A stretch of 64,000 nt of DNA, taken from assembly GCA_000320545.1 (NCBI GenBank), contig ADNK01000693.1, positions 9,242 to 73,241 of the forward strand. The letters are read 5' to 3'. Below are positions 1 through 20,194 of the stretch, piece after piece. The number at the start of each line of letters is the position of its first letter. Position 1 is the first letter of the stretch. Origin of the DNA: Bigelowiella natans CCMP2755. Lineage: Eukaryota > Protista > Cercozoa. A program made the translations under genes and the position numbers. The notes beneath the pieces are model-generated. The model made no database searches and was not told the DNA's origin. It was given only the letters and a program-made list of their open reading frames with translations.

Positions 1-3000
1 CCGTAGCATTTTGAGCAGTTTGGCAATGAGAAGCTCTCCCCCTTCTCCTCCATCCACTGGCAGATTCCACCCCCCCCAAGCCCACGTGATGGCGAGAAAC
101 TTGGCCCTGTTGGCTGCCTCCGGGTCGGATGTTGCTGACTGGAGGTGTAAAATAGCTGGTAGCAGCGGCAGCAGCAGCTCTCCAAAGAACACGGTTTGAG
201 AGAAGAGAGAGCACGGGATCATCCACTGAATGGCGACGTTGGCCATGGAGACCGTTTTCTTATTATCCTCCTCCCCCCCCACCCCTGCTGCTGCTCCTCC
301 TCCTCCTTCTGCTGTGGAGGGGGAGGCAGAGGAAGCTGTTGGGTTGCGGGTTGCGAGCTCCTTCAGGCCATCTGCAAGGGAGGCGACAAGCGCAGTGAGG
401 CCGGTGCTGCCATGCTGCCTTTTATGCGCGACGAAGCTTGCACGCGTCACGGAGACTAGAATGTTACCGACCTCTTTACGTACCAGCTTGTAGGGGTGGG
501 AGAGGAAGTCGCCCTCTCTTAGACGGCTCACCACCCAACCTCCCACATCGCCCACGCGGAAGGAGCATTCATCCAGCATAGCGCGCAACAGCCGGAGGTG
601 CCGGTAGATCTCGGCACTGCTCGATGACGCCTTGGACGATTGATCCCCCTCTCCAACCGCTGCTTCTAGGCTTCTCTTGAAGGGTTGGTGTGCGAGTTGG
701 GCTATCACAGAAGCGAGCGCACGCGGTGTCTCTCGTGTGGCACGCATTGAACAAGCGACGGCATCTTTCCACATGTCGACCGTGTCCTGGTTTCCATCCT
801 TTAGCTAAAAGAAGAGGTGTGTGTAGGGGGGGGGGGGGGGGGGGGGGTCGGTTGGAGGAGGAGTTAGCAACATGATGGCCTCAGTACATTTATTATCATT
901 ATTAGGACTATTATTATAATAACTGCTAATATCATTATCATTACAGTAAAAGCAACAGCAGCAGCAGCTGCAACAACGGCAGGGCTGACACGAATAAGTA
1001 TGCATAAGGTCCTCTTCTCTCTCTCCTCTTCCTCCTCGCTGTCGCTATTACCACTTGCTGTATAGCCGGATTGACAAACCGTGCAAGCACATCGCTCTGG
1101 AGGCTGAAAGACCCCGTCACCAGGTACTGACACATAGCTGCCACGATCTCGGCAGCAAAGCACTGTTTTTCCTTCTCGTCGCTCTTCACTAGCTGCAACA
1201 GCCGCTTCCCCGCATCCGCCACGTAGTCGGTACCCCCAACGACAAACAGGTGCGAGAGAAGACTCACGTGCGACGTGTCGAACGCACTACCATATATCTG
1301 AGGCGTACGGGGAGGAAGTAGCATTGCAATGGCAGAAACAACAACAACAACAACATCAAACAGGGAGAGTAGAACAAAGATACACTACTACAGCAGTCTC
1401 AACATTTCTTCGGCAAGTAATAACTTCGTCAACAACTACTACAGCAGTCTCAACATTTCTTCGGCAAGTAATAACTTCGTCAACAACTACTACAGCAGTC
1501 TCAACATTTCTTCGGCAAGTAATAACTTCGTCAACAACTACTACTTTGAAATATGTTTACTTACCCCGTCAGCCGCTCTAGCAAACTCATGCAGATACCC
1601 AGTGCGCGACCTAAAGACGTTGAAGATGTCCAGAGCAGCCCCCTGCTTCTTCTGATTGGCGGCGTTTGGAGAAAGTCTTGGGTGGTTTTCCTCCAGGCTC
1701 TGAAAGAGGCTCTTCGCGTCGCTTTTCTCTTCTTTATCAAAGACCACAAACGCCTTCAAAACCTTAAAGGACGCCTCCCCGAGCTCCAGGCTTTTGATCT
1801 TGGATTTCTCTAGGAGATGCGATGAAGAGGGAGGCTGGTGAAGGCGGTCGCCGAATTGACGATAAGTCCTGGCATTCCATTCCTTCTCGCCTTTGTAGCC
1901 CTGCATGCTCAGTGTCGATGACGACGATGACGACTCCTTCGTCTCCCCTCCCTCTTGCTTGCTGTCGGTTGGCTCGAATGTGAGCGCTTCATGCGTAGCG
2001 ACCGTGGCCAGTAGCGCAGCAAGGCCTCTGATACACAGCTGCCGCATGGCGAATAAATCACTGACGCATCCTCCGGTGATGAGCGCCATTGCGGCGGGGG
2101 AGGCGATGGCGGGTGCGAGCGATTTCGGTGTAGTAAGCAACAGCTGTATCAGCAGCGACATGGCGACGAGTCGGTATCGCCAGTGTGTCACCGTCCCCCC
2201 CCCCCCCCCCTCCCCACTACCTCCTCCCAAGCCGCTCACAAGCTTATCAACGATTGACTTGACGCGCTTCTGCTCCTCCTCCTTCCACACAGGGAGACAG
2301 AATTTGGAGAGGAGGGCCATGAACACGGCGTGCGTAGCTGCCTGAACCTGCTCCTCCTCGTGGGATTCGCAAACACCGGAGAAGATGTGCGTGACGACGA
2401 GGAGGATGCTGTCAAGGCTGCAAGTAGCCGCCTCTAGCACCTGTGGGAATGAAAGAACTTTCAGAGCGCCCCCGAGCTGCTCCTTACTCGCCGTCTTCCT
2501 CTCTATAACCTGCTGCAGCAGATGTCCCAGGATGAAGCTGCATGCTTCGGGGTACCGCCCAAGCGCAGTGTTGAGACCGTCGTTGGCGGCCTTCCGCACT
2601 TTCTTGAAGTCATTGAGGGATAGTTTTAACAGAGAGCTGGTGATGGCCGTGTGTGCTGCCGTGCTGTATCGCCGGTTGTTCTCTAGGGAGGCCTCGTGGC
2701 GAAGAAGCTCCATGTAGTGAGCGTACTCGACGTTCAGGATTCGGATTTTACAAACCTTCTTCTTCTTCTTGCCCTCCCACTCGTCTCTTCGCGAGCGCCT
2801 CGACTGCATATTCGAGTGGATCTCTCTGAGGAGTTTAGACCGGTTTATCAGCCATAGGTTCACGCACAAACTCAGACTCTCCGCGAGCTTCTCCATCACC
2901 TTTGCGTTTTCTAGCTTGCTATCCCCACCCCCTCCCGAGCCGGAGTCGATGTTCATCATTGTCGCTCCTTCCCCCTCCTTCGTAACCCGCCTTCGCTTGT

Positions 3001-6000
3001 TGCTAGGAGATTCGTCCGAGGAAGCAGCAGCAGCAGCACTCGCCTCCTCCCCATCCGTGCTCAGAACCCCGGCGTTGGTGTCCTCGGCGAGAGCATTGAG
3101 CTTGCTGGTGATCACGGTGCGCAGGGAGCTGTTTCCCTTGGGGAGGAGGGAAAAGTGTTCCCCGCAGCCGACCTTGCAGAAACCGATGGATAGGGATGAT
3201 GATGACGATGACGACGACGACGCACTACTAGTGTGCAGCATGTAGTAGCACTGGTTATGAGGATGGTTGGATCCCGCGGAGAGTTGAGGCCTTTCAGCTG
3301 CTTCGAATTCCATTCCATCGATCGTTGGCTTCTGCTGCTGTTGCTGCAGGGCGTCCGTAAACTCTCCCAGCACGCTGTTCGCGCCTCGCTGGACGCACAT
3401 GACTTGGCACAGCGCGTTGCACATATCATCGGCGCTCACGCTGCTGTTGTCAGGACCTTGCTCCTTTTCTTTTTCTTCTCCCGAGTCCTTGTTCAGGTAG
3501 CGCTCGATGACGTTAAAAGCTGGGCCAAGGGCGAATTCGCACAGATCTGCGGCGATTTTCATGTCGTCGTCGTTGGCGACGTGCCACTTAATTTTGAGGT
3601 CATTGATGTCCTCGCTGTAGCCGCCCCACTCCTGCCAGTGCTTCCATTGACTCTGCTGCCATTTGTCGGGGTCTTGCCCCTTGTACTCGACAGGGTACCG
3701 GCGCGTGAGAGCTCTCAGCACGTTTCGCATGATACGCTGTGAAAAATCGCGGCAGCTGCCGCTGGATGACCCCTTGAAGACATAGAAAATGGCTTTGATC
3801 TTGGTGACGATGTCCTGCTGCTGTTGTGGTTGCAGCTGCGTGATAGGGGCTTGCTTCATCAGCTGCGACATGAGATAGAGGCAGTGCTGTTTTGCTGCTC
3901 CCGGTGTGTCCTCGCGTTCCATATATACCTTGCCGCCTTCGATGTAGGAGCATTTCTTTTTCTTCTTCTTCTTCTGCCCATCCTCTTTGTTCTCCTCAGC
4001 ACTCTCCTGCTGCTGTTTCGAATCACCGCTGCCTGATGCTGTGACAACGATGATTTTGTCGGTGAGTAGGTTGAGGAAGAAGAGCAGCCCCTTCTTGTCG
4101 CTAGGGCTAGATGTCAGTCCGATGGCATGCAGCACACTGCCGAGGTACTTGGAGTTCGGCCAGAAGTCAGCGTCCATGATGCGCTTTGCTACATGGATAT
4201 TGCACAGCTCGCGAAGAGAGGCCGAGAGGGAGGAGTAGAAGGCCCTCACACAGCGGTGGATGAGGGGAAGGGCCATCTTATCCACAGGGTTCTTGTTCGA
4301 ATACCCTTCTTGCTCTCGGATCAACAGCAAGATGCGGTCCAGAAACTGCGGAGCCCATTCCTTCAAGCACATTGTTGCGCGTTGAGCTTCCTCGTCGTGA
4401 GATGGAGGAGGAGCAGCAGCAGCAGCAGATCCTTCGCCCCCCTCCCCCTTTCCCTTCTTCGATTTGACCGCCTTGTACTCCCTGGCATCGATGAGCGGCA
4501 CCGTGTAGAAGAGAAGGGTGTAGAGCATGAGCGTTTTCCCAGTCTTCATAAGGTCTACTGGATCAATTCCTGGCAGCGCCAGCCACAAGATGTCCTCTAA
4601 TCGTGTGCAGCCAGAGGGGTTGATCCTCCTGTTCACAAACGTGTCGCCAAGCCAGCCCAAACAGCTCAGGGCGCTCATCGTGCGATGGCTTTGCGTAGCG
4701 TTTTTCAACGAAGGGATCCTACGCAAGAAGAAGACAACAGCAAAATTGTCGTATGAGATATTATTGCAATAAGTAAATTAACGGTCTCGCTGTATAGTAT
4801 TTATCTAATGGTAGGACTTACATGTGCGGACAGGATATGCTATCTATAACGCACATTAGTCGGAATATTATAGTGGCAGCAGTAGTAGGAAATAGTGGGG
4901 GCAGAAGGAGCAGCGCCCAATGCGACGCACCATTGATCGATGAGGGAAGGGAGCACGGAATCTGGGTTCACACTGCCAACATTCCTAAGGAAGCTCTGCG
5001 TGGCAGCCACCATTTGGAAGGCCTTGGAGTACATGCCCATCGTAGCAATGGGAAGAAGTGTGGCGACGAAGAACTTGCTGATCTGCTCCGGGTAGGGCTT
5101 GCCCTGAAGGAAGAGCTGCTTCCGTCGCGCATAGTAGCAGCCAAGGCCAGAGAGCAAAACGGAAAGGTGTCTCAAGTGAGCACCTGCATTGGAGGGATGA
5201 AATGACGTGCTCGTGATTTGACACAAATTCGATAAGAGCTGCCGGCACTTATCAAGGTGGATGGTGAAGATGATCAGCTTGGCCATGTGCTCGTCCACGT
5301 TTGCACGAGCGGGGTGCATCCCTGTGAGCCACATGAAACGAGCAGGAAACCCGTGCTCCGACCCCTTGTTTGGATTGCCGCGACCAAGGCCAATTCCCTG
5401 CAAATATCGGGAGAACAGGTCTGGTAGGTAGGGGGAGAGGTCAACAACATCAATGTTGTGCTTTGCCAAACGAGCCCATAGCTTGTACCACACAGCCATC
5501 GACACTTTGTCGCTCTTCCAGCGGGATACTTCCATCAACTTCGGCAACCACATCTCGACATTGTTCTTTCCATGTTTTACAGGCAAGAGAAGACATAGAA
5601 GGGCCTGGTGCTTGCTGAACTCGTCAGTGAATGGCTCCAACTTGGGGAGGAAGAGCTCTGTGATTTCCTTCGTGGCGGTTTTCGGGTAGTACATCCGCAG
5701 CTTCTTTCCCAGCTGTACCAAACGGTCGCAGCATATTTTCAGTGTTTGCTGAGGCGAGTTGAAGACACGGTTAGGCTTCCCCTTTCTCGGATCATCGACG
5801 TAGCGAAGAAGAGTTTCGTAGAACGGTTTCCAAGGGAGAGTAAGTCCTGTTACATCCTTCTTCTTAAGGATTTTTGTCAGGCAATACGCCGCTAAAGCCA
5901 TACATTCGGTATGCTGAGTTGCCCATTTAGCGGTGATAAAGCCGTAAAGGATACGTGCCAGCTGTCTCTTTTGGTCGAAAGGGATAGGGTATTTCAAGAT

Positions 6001-6549
6001 GAGGTAGTCTTTGAGGAGGTCTAGGTAGTAATTAACCCCTCTTGAATGCCGGTAGTCTCTGCCGCAAATATCACGCTTCTCGATGACTTTGGGAAGCAAT
6101 CTGATCATATTGTTTGCAGAGCAATGAAAAGAATGTTGGTCAGCGCATTACTTCGTAGCAGTGTGGAGATCCCATGAAACACAGATTCTCCCAGTCGATT
6201 TGCTCGCACGCACGCGTATTTGAAATGACAAATACTGAGCTATAATACTGAGCTATAATACTGACCTTAAAACAGTTGAAAGCATGGACTGTGCGTGAGC
6301 AGTAAGAACAGGGGCAGAGCCAGGAGCGACATTCCGATTAACAGTCAACGAAATGGCACTCCCGTCATCCTTGGATTCTTGAATATGGGGTTATTGAGGA
6401 AGTTAAATGGGCGCGCGCAATGCCAGGCTAGCTCGCTATGCTGGCGCTGTGAGGCTGGGGTGGAGCTCAACTATTCAGCTCAGATTAGGAAAGGAAGGAG
6501 AAGGGGTGTGTGGAAACAAAAAGCACTGACCGTTGGATTTCTGTGACAT
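1..6549 (-). CDS. PSME4: Proteasome activator PA200/Blm10 (PSME4 family), multi-exon, 3' end outside the window
   Basis: Exons at about 6549-6531 (MSQKSN), 6378-6266, 6100-4931, 4718-1565, 1297-1055 and 804-1 join through GT-AG introns. Family-like motifs: LTLPWKPFYETL, FHPSNAG, LALPGID, WHVANDDDMKIA, HWRYRLVA, HPYKLVRKEVG. Long helical HEAT-like protein. Confidence 0.88.
1384..1545. repeat. 51-bp minisatellite, about 3.1 identical copies, in a PA200 intron
   Basis: Unit actactacagcagtctcaacatttcttcggcaagtaataacttcgtcaaca starts at 1384, 1435 and 1486, with a partial copy at 1537. Confidence 0.95.
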
Positions 6550-7266
6550 GAGTACAGAAAGGTGATCCCTGGGTTTCTCGTATACCTGTCCGTCCTCTCA
6601 AATTTATCCTACAGCAATCTTTGGCAGTAGTGTTGAGCGGTTTGGGGTGCTGCCTCAACTGCTCTCCTCTCTTCTCTGTGCCCAGAGTGGTTGAGGTCTC
6701 AGTGTGTTATGAGCAGTATGCTGACTTGCGGAAGGGAGGAAATAGATCAACGCCGTACATTTATTCCCTCTTTGAAGCCTGATTGTATATCTTTATAAAC
6801 AAATAGAAGGCCGTTTGAAGCGCCTTCACAGGTTTAAATTTGAGCAGGCTAGGTTCCGCTCTTAGGTTTGTGGTAGCGTGCTTCCAAAACATGTTGGTGA
6901 TATTGGCATAAAATGCCCTGGGTTTGCGCTTTTAAGACAACTCATATTTTTCCAGCTCGGAAATTCCGATTCAGAATCCCGTTTTGGGTGCCGGTATTTG
7001 CTGTTTGTTGTTATCGTAACCAGTTTCCGTCCGTTGCCACAACGAAACCGAAGATTTCTTTAGGACTATCAGTGGTTTTTAGGTAGTGCGACAAAACTAT
7101 ACGCATGTCTTCACCAAATGACGACACGGATTCACATCTGGTTGACACAGCTCCGCTATCCTTGACCCCACCCCTCTAGATTAGATCTCCTTCAAAATAT
7201 TCGGAACATCGACCTAACATAAGCTCCAGATATCTTTGAAAGGACCGATCTATTGGATTTGCCGAT

Positions 7267-13613
<6,347 letters not shown>

Positions 13614-14486
13614 AGAACAGAGTAACGGTAAGCTAGGGAAAATGTAGTGCTTGGAACTAACAATGGTGCCACCGTGGGTGTCGACTTTCAATTAGACCTC
13701 ATTGCGCAACTGGAGGGTCAAACTTCGTGCTCAGCAGTTTTCTATAGAAGCTGCACTTTAGCAGGAGTATTGTACCCACGATGCTTGTGATTTTAAGCAA
13801 TCATGTTTTGAAACCATTGCACAACTCTTATGTTGCAGTCCAAGCATGTAGCATGGGTGTGTGTGTGTATGTGCGCGCGCGCGCGCGCGTGATGAAGCAC
13901 TTGCGAGCTTGCATCAGCAGTGCTGCTTCTGTCTGATCCGAATCGCATGGACGATTCGTTTCTGCATCACATCGAGTTCAAGCAAACAGAGACATTCAAG
14001 TGAGTATCGTAGCGCATATATGGTCAAGCGAACGACTGCGTACGTAGGGACACAAAGTCAACTCATCAGCGCTTGCGTGACAGCATGTGCATATTGTTTA
14101 CGCGAGATCCATAAATTGATGCTTCATCGCCCTGCGATATGCGTGATGTGTGCATTAAATAACATGTGCATAGCGACGCGAACCTAGCTCGATGTTACAG
14201 CGGTAGATTGAGACTCATGTAGCAGGAGAGTATAGCACAATAATACAATAATGCGGTATGTGCGCAAGGGTTATTACGAAAGCTTTTGCGAAGCACACTC
14301 ACTCTAAACGAGAACTTACTCTAGTAATGGCGGTTGTACAAAATTAATGAAAAACTGATATTTTATCGAGTGTGGAAGGAAATCCACACCGCATACATAT
14401 AACACCTGTTCGCACGTAATAAGTTATATTCATTTGCAACATATTGGTTAAAGTTAACATTCATATCTGATAACCGAGCTGAAATA

Positions 14487-15359
14487 CTATCCAAATGTGT
14501 TCGCCCATCCCCCCAATTCTTTATCGATGAAAGCCTGCAGTACGTGATGATAATGTATGATCAAGATTTGATAATTTGCTCTAGGCCTAAACTTAGTACT
14601 GTGAGACAACGCTACCATGTGGCAGAGAATTATCATCAAAAATTAGAATACGAACGTACTTGTAGGATTAACGCCGCTTGAAACTGATCCCAATCTGTAA
14701 TGCAGCTCCTTGAATCAGGCAAGTTTAATTCTATCTCTGAAAGATGCTCCCAACTGCAATTAAAACGATGATGGTGATGATGATAATGATAATCATGATA
14801 GTAGTCCTGCATTAAAATCAACAAGGCGAAAGAAAGATTTGGCCAATTGCATTTGATGTGGTAATACTGCTGACCTGTGCAATTCTGTAACGCAATTTTG
14901 TATAAAGTCCAAATCGATATTCCTGCTGTCATCCCAAATGCATACGGGAAGACGACCGCAGTCTGAGAAGAAGGAACCAAAGAAAAGTATTTCTGAATAA
15001 TGTCACAGAAACGTATGTAAGTTCGCAGTGACCATTACCTTCTCCCTCCATTGAAGCTGGTGACAATGAAGAAGATGGTGATGATAAAGATTGCTGCTGC
15101 AAAAGCACTTGCTCACACCATGATTCGAAGGTAGTACGCTGCTGCAACAGGACTTCATTATCTTTCTCTTCATCCACCTCCATAGCTGCTTTGTCGCATT
15201 TCTGAATTCTTCTCCAAATGGGCTTGCTAACCACGATTCCTTTTAAAACAATGCAGGAGGAGGAGGAGGAGGAAGGTTAGATCTGAAATCTCACAACCAT
15301 CTTACACAAAACATGCAGACAATACTGAATTATTGAAAATAAAAGTGAGTGCAATTCAC

Positions 15360-15402
<43 letters not shown>

Positions 15403-16278
15403 GTACACACGTAATTATGTGTGTGCGCATGTATCTTTGGCCGTATATGGTATATATTATTAGATTCGTGAAGTGTGGCACCCGTAGCATCATTCTCAGC
15501 AACAATCTTCCATACATCATTCTTCCTGTGAGAAGAGGGCATTAGCTCGATCGATGAGGGATTAAAAAGACTACAAATCAGCAGCATTCGTTTATTCGTT
15601 CGTGGCAACAGCAGTTGATAACAAACAATACCCATGGATCACGCCGCTTGACCTTGTAGACCCTACTACCACAATGGAGTCGAGAGGAAGAGATTCTGCA
15701 GTAGTAAGTAATAAGTCTCCATAAAATATGTTTTCCTTCGACTAATATGTGGCTCTTCATTCCCCCTCCCTCCCGTTTTACAAATGCAACTTTGAGGAGA
15801 GTGAAACTCCCGATTACGCGCTTACTACAACTTGATGTTACACTTGGTCGATGCTGCTACTACTACTATTGCTACTACGTGGTACCATCCCGTAAATATG
15901 TAGCATTGATACGCAGGTATTATTATTCTATCACCTGATAAATAGATGTCTGTAATGGCAACAGAAACTTGCATGTCTTTATCGTAGTCCCACTTATGGG
16001 ATTTGTCTAGATGTCACGAACAATGTAAAAACCTTGACAGCAGCGAGTAGAAAAATCAATTGAAGCTGCAATCGTGGAGGATTAATGAGTAGCAACATCT
16101 AGCAGCAACGTGATAATTGAAGCATGTAATGATTAGGGTAGCCAATGTTATTACCTACATTCTCCTTCGAGCTGAAGATTCTGGTAGGATCATGATATCT
16201 ACCGTCGCTGTTGCCACAGGGTACCAAGCATATTAATGATTGGTACGGTCGTAACCTAATAAAATTGTAATAGATGTA

Positions 16279-16317
<39 letters not shown>

Positions 16318-16426
16318 TGGTCTGATGAAGATTCAGCCCAGATGAAACCACTACCTAGCCGCTACTGAATGCCACTTGTGCTATTTTTACATGATCCGCA
16401 TAACGATACGAGCATCTACCACATCA

Positions 16427-16465
<39 letters not shown>

Positions 16466-17000
16466 CTACGAAGTGACTGGGGCAGCGTGTTATGATCGCT
16501 TCTTTTCGAGGAAGAAGAATTTTCTGGCTGCTCGATAGCGAACGACTACGTCCGATGTTTTTCATCAAACAGCCTAGAATACAAACGAAAATCAGTTTTC
16601 ATGAAAAGAAGTGTTGGGGCATGAAGTAGATCTACCACAACGATGATGATGATGATGATGATTATGACAATAAGGAGAAGGAGGAGGAGGAGAAGGGGGG
16701 GGGGACGGATGATGATGATGATGGGTTTGACTACTCCTCCTCCTGAATTATGATGAGCATTGCTCGTAGATATGTGTCTTATTACCGATGTTCCTGCTGC
16801 TGCTTTGTACAATTAGAAAATCAGAAATCGGTGTGATTTTGCATGTGCGACTACCTTTTAAAGTCACTTTTTCCCAGGTTTCCCCTTCCATGCTTTCAGT
16901 ACGCCCAGATACAGACGACGAATGAATTGATGATCAATCGGGTGAATGCACGTAAGAAAGAATTGACGGGCGGCCATGGTTGTTGACGGGAATATACGTG
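14487..17000 (-). CDS. Multi-exon hypothetical protein with a divergent YqgF/RuvX-like (RNase H fold) C-terminal domain; 5' end uncertain
   Basis: Hand-spliced 3' exons read ESLPLDSIVVVG...GRLPVCIWDDSRNID...DWDQFQAALILQAFIDKELGGWANTFG* (TAG 14489-14487). These resemble the YqgF motifs hVVGxP, PVxxxDER and DxxAAxxILQxxLD. Motif recognition only. Confidence 0.45.
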
Positions 17001-17139
17001 ATTCGATGGCAGAATAGGCAGCAGGATTGATCATGACAGAGCGGAAAATCAGTCAATTACAATCAAGAACCAGATCAGTGATGAAAGAGAAGGGGAAGGG
17101 AAATGTGGCAGTTAGCTGAAGGGAGGAAGCAGAAGAAAT

Positions 17140-20100
17140 ATGCTTTGGCTGGTCACAGTAGTAACTGTCGCGACAAATGCTCTCGCCATCACTGGCCACA
17201 TGATAGGGCAGCAGAAACTAGAAGGCGGATTAATAGATTTTCATCGAAAAGCACCTCACTTGGAGATTGCAGACGAGTACACCGAACTTATTAGCAAATG
17301 TGGCCGTGCAAGACGATGGGAAAGAGCTTTGGAGTTGCTTTACCAGTACCATAACAAGCAAAAGGAGGCCGCCGCTGTAGATTCATCATCAGTGGCAGCA
17401 GTCCTACAGGATGGTGATGAGGGAGGAGGCAAAGGCCCAGTACCACCAGCAACTACGCCGTGTATGGTTCATGCAGCCCTTTTAGCTTGCGTGAAGTCTA
17501 AGAGGCCTCAGCAAGCTCTACAGATAGTGAAATCATTTACAAACGCACCTATTGTTCCCGCCTCTTATAATGCGACCATCGATTCTAGCGGCTTTTGTAG
17601 CGAAAATAAAGACCAAAGGTCCACGCAGCAGCAGCTGCAGCAACGGGATTATATGACTAAACATGAAGCCCTGGGATACTCAGTAACCGATCTCTTCTTT
17701 TCACTTGGTAAAATCAAGGAGATGCTGTCAACTATTGAAAGAATGTCCTCCATCAAAGATGATGGTGGTAGTTCTTCCCCTATGGTGTCGTGGCTGCATC
17801 ATCCAAAAGTATTTGCAATGTGGCTCCGGAGGAGTAGAAGAAGAAGAAAAAGAAAAAACACTAGTTGTCTTAGTCATCATTTGCTGAAACCTTCAACTGC
17901 ACTTAGTACTTTACGGTCTGCTGAGAAGGTGGCGGCTTGGGCAACAGCGTTGATGATGCTAGGCTATTCCTCCTCCTCCTCCTCCTCCTCCTCCTCCTCC
18001 TCCTCTTGGGCTTTAGCCATATCTGCTTGCGCGAAGGGGAGGGAGTGGCAATTAGCGGAGATGTTGCTCAGACGTTGTGTCAAAGCAGCTTCGAAAGAAG
18101 AAGCAACCGAGAGTATATCACCGCAAACACCGGTACTGACTACTTCAGTGAAGCAACGAGAGGAACTCATGATGACGGCAATCGATAAGTGCAAGCTAGC
18201 TATTCTACCATCGATGTACAAAGGCATTTGCGGTGTGGGAAAACGACGATGGCAACGGGCTTTGCAGTTGATCGACGAGGTTGCTGAGAGAAGAACAAGG
18301 AGAATAATACCAAGTAGAAGTAGTAGTAATGATAATAGTAGATCCATTAATAATACCACATCAGTAACTTCTAGCAGCCACGACTCAATAGCGAAATATA
18401 GCACTACTGGTATGAGGGATGACGACATTCCTACTTCTGCTATTCCAACTACTACCACCAATATTTCACGACAAGCGCAGATTCAACAGCAGCTGCAACT
18501 TTCTTCGGATGGATTAGACATCATCAGTGGTGATATGCACATGCACGTTCTTCGCGCTCTTGGCTGTAAGGGTGGGAAAAGATTTTGCCACCACCTCCTT
18601 CATAAGCATCATCATCATGATCATCATCATTATCATCACAGACACCCTAATCATCTTAATAATCTTGTCAACGAACAAATCAGGAATATACAGCAAAAAA
18701 CAGATGGCTGTGGTATAAGCGCATGGCAATACGTTAATGACCATACTTCAAGCCTAGAAGAAGAAGAAGATGAAGAAGTGGAAGGAGAAGAAGACCACAA
18801 GGAAGAGGAGTATACTATACTTGAGGACGAGGAGAGGAAGGAAGATATGCATATCTCTCTCGAAGAGCTCCTCCAGGATAATACTACCAGTCCGCAAACA
18901 ACCTCTCATGGAGCACAAAGACTACTTCTACCACTTCCTAAGATGTTTCTTCGTCATTATAACTACTCTCCCGGCAGGAGGAGAAGAAGAAGAAGAACAA
19001 AGTGGTCATCCCACTACTATTTTCAGCCTCCCAAAGACTATAATATACGGATTTGCGAGTACACAAATCGGAAACGATGCAGAAATGGAATACTAACTCG
19101 CATAAGAGATCATGTAGATGAAAGAATCGCTGCGAATACAGATATGGTTATCACAGGTGGTAATAGAGCTGCTGCAGCAAGAGGGAGGATGGTGAGAATG
19201 CTTCCTCATGGACAAATCCGCTTTAGACCCTCTGATTTTGTTGTTGACGAAGTTGATAGGAGTGGTAGAGTTGTAACCTTGTTGAATGTTGGCAGATTCT
19301 CGAAAATACAAGATCATGATGCTGATGATGATAATGATGATGATGATGATGACACGAGGAGTACGACAATATCGTCGGCAAAAATGAATAAGAGTCAAAG
19401 ACAAAAGACAGCATACGGCTATAGTAATAAAAATAGTAATGATAATAATATTAATAATAATGATACTGCAACAAGATGCCCTCCTATTGGCGATGATAGT
19501 AGTAGGTTGGGGGGGGTTGTGGTGAAGCAGCAGCATATAGCACTTATTCAAGCAACAGTGACGAAAACGCTATCAAAGACCTCCGATGTGATGACCTCCA
19601 TTGCGAAGCAGCTCAGCATTAGCAGCGACGACATTTCTATGTTCGGAAATAAGGATTCTCGTGCTGTGACGACCCAGCATATAGTCATCAAGCTGCCAAG
19701 GGATAAGATTCCTCAACTCTCAAATATATCAATACCAAATGCTCTGATTGGAGACTTTAAAGAAGTCGATAGAGAGGGTAGTAGTATGTAACACTAGTGG
19801 AAAACAGTTATAGTAGTATGAGGATGATTGATATAGCTATTAAATGGATGATGGTGGTGGTGATGGTGATAATGCTAGTAGCCCGACTGCATATTGATGT
19901 TTCCCCAAGTACGGGGATTTAATCGGCGTGTGGTACATATAATATTTGATTTCATGTACTATCGTAGCCACTTTTTCTTTACTTTTGACTTTCAGCATTT
20001 GAAGTGATTTCGCCAGAAATATTTGAAGCTGAATCAGAAAGTAGTCTACAAAGCATTCTCCTCGGTTATTTAGTTTGTTCTCCTCACAGGTTGCTTCGGA

Positions 20101-20163
20101 CGGAATAGAGGAAATAAATTCAAGATTGTTGTGCGCTTTGATAGCCATGATAGTTACAGCAGC

Positions 20164-20194
<31 letters not shown>

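Noticed and set aside
826-847. Poly-G tract as a functional G-quadruplex
   Set aside because: Similar G/C homopolymers occur in several introns and nothing marks this one as special.
1384-1545. CRISPR-like array
   Set aside because: Units are contiguous with no unique spacers, there are no cas genes, and the context is a eukaryotic intron.
1553-5895. Many plus-strand ORFs of 70-170 aa
   Set aside because: Antisense shadows of the GC-rich PA200 exons, with no recognisable motifs.
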